Positions 63,662 to 64,000 of a DNA stretch of 64,000 nucleotides are shown piece after piece (position 1 is the stretch's first letter; each line of letters starts with the position of its first letter). The stretch lies in the IMG/VR virus record IMGVR_UViG_3300024327_000544; one strand, written 5' to 3'. Made by a program: the position numbers and the translations under genes. The stretch is from a virus. The notes under the pieces were generated by a model that did no database searches, was not told the DNA's origin, and was given only the letters and a program-made list of their open reading frames with translations.

Positions 63662-63703
63662 TTTTCTCCTTTTTTTGTTGTTCTATCGTACACTGCTTAC
63701 TAT

Positions 63704-63711
63704 TATTTATC
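63704..63711 (-). promoter_or_regulatory. late promoter variant
   Basis: GATAAATA about 43 nt upstream of ATG 63661. Confidence 0.55.
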
Positions 63712-63754
63712 ACTATGGAGGAAATCTCAACTCTCGGTATCATATCTTTTTCTC

Positions 63755-63828
63755 TGGCTGATCATGTAGGAATCGAACCCACATCTTCAATTTTGGAAAT
63801 TGAGGTTTTACCATTAAACTAATGACCA
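63755..63828 (-). tRNA. tRNA-Trp(CCA)
   Basis: TCAAT-TTCCAAA-ATTGA anticodon arm; GGTTCGATTCC; GCCA end. Confidence 0.92.
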
Positions 63829-63846
63829 ATTATACTAACAAGGCGT

Positions 63847-63922
63847 TGGTAGGCGTGGGTGGATTTGAACCACCTTTGGAAGTATATAAGACTCCGAGCT
63901 TAACCAATTAGCAGACACGCCC
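63847..63922 (-). tRNA. tRNA-Ile(UAU)
   Basis: GGGCGTG/CACGCCT acceptor, GGAGT-CTTATAT-ACTTC anticodon arm, GGTTCAAATCC, ACCA end. Confidence 0.85.
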
Positions 63923-63937
63923 AGTATCACTAAAATA

Positions 63938-64000
63938 TGGCGGCCTTTGAGGTATTTGAAACCTCCCTAAATGCTTGACAAGCATTCGTGCTACCACTAC
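63938..64000 (-). tRNA. tRNA-Asp(GUC), 5' end beyond the window
   Basis: AATGC-TTGTCAA-GCATT anticodon arm; GCCA end. Confidence 0.85.

Noticed and set aside
1-64000. Stop-codon recoding
   Set aside because: Core genes are intact under code 11 and end in TAA, TGA or TAG. The CCA tRNA is ordinary Trp and no suppressor tRNA is present.

Overview
A 64-kb, AT-rich (about one-third GC by eye) segment of a large T4-like myovirus, organised like marine cyanophage/pelagiphage-type phages. Nearly all genes are on the minus strand; only 6336-6722 is a convincing plus-strand gene. The core replication genes are recognisable: rnh, a RuvC-like resolvase, class II nrdJ, thyX, primase 61, helicase 41, uvsX, polymerase 43, hsp20, dut, regA, 62/44/45 and a CobS/CobT-like MoxR-vWA pair. 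Between primase and helicase lies a late virion block in which several proteins start with T4 internal-protein-like capsid-targeting sequences (MKTYKE-like); one of them is a PD-(D/E)xK nuclease. Accessory islands encode (i) heptose/nucleotide-sugar synthesis with glycosyl-, pyruvyl-, acyl- and carbamoyl-transferases, (ii) a purine-salvage-like BMP/2OG-oxygenase/PRT cassette and (iii) radical SAM/2OG/SET modification enzymes. Non-coding features include near-consensus sigma70 promoters, NATAAATA late promoters, an inverted-repeat element fixed 11 bp upstream of three early promoters, four tRNAs (Tyr, Trp, Ile-UAU, partial Asp) and a probable Na/Pi-cotransporter gene remnant. All family calls come from motifs and synteny read by eye; no database search was run.
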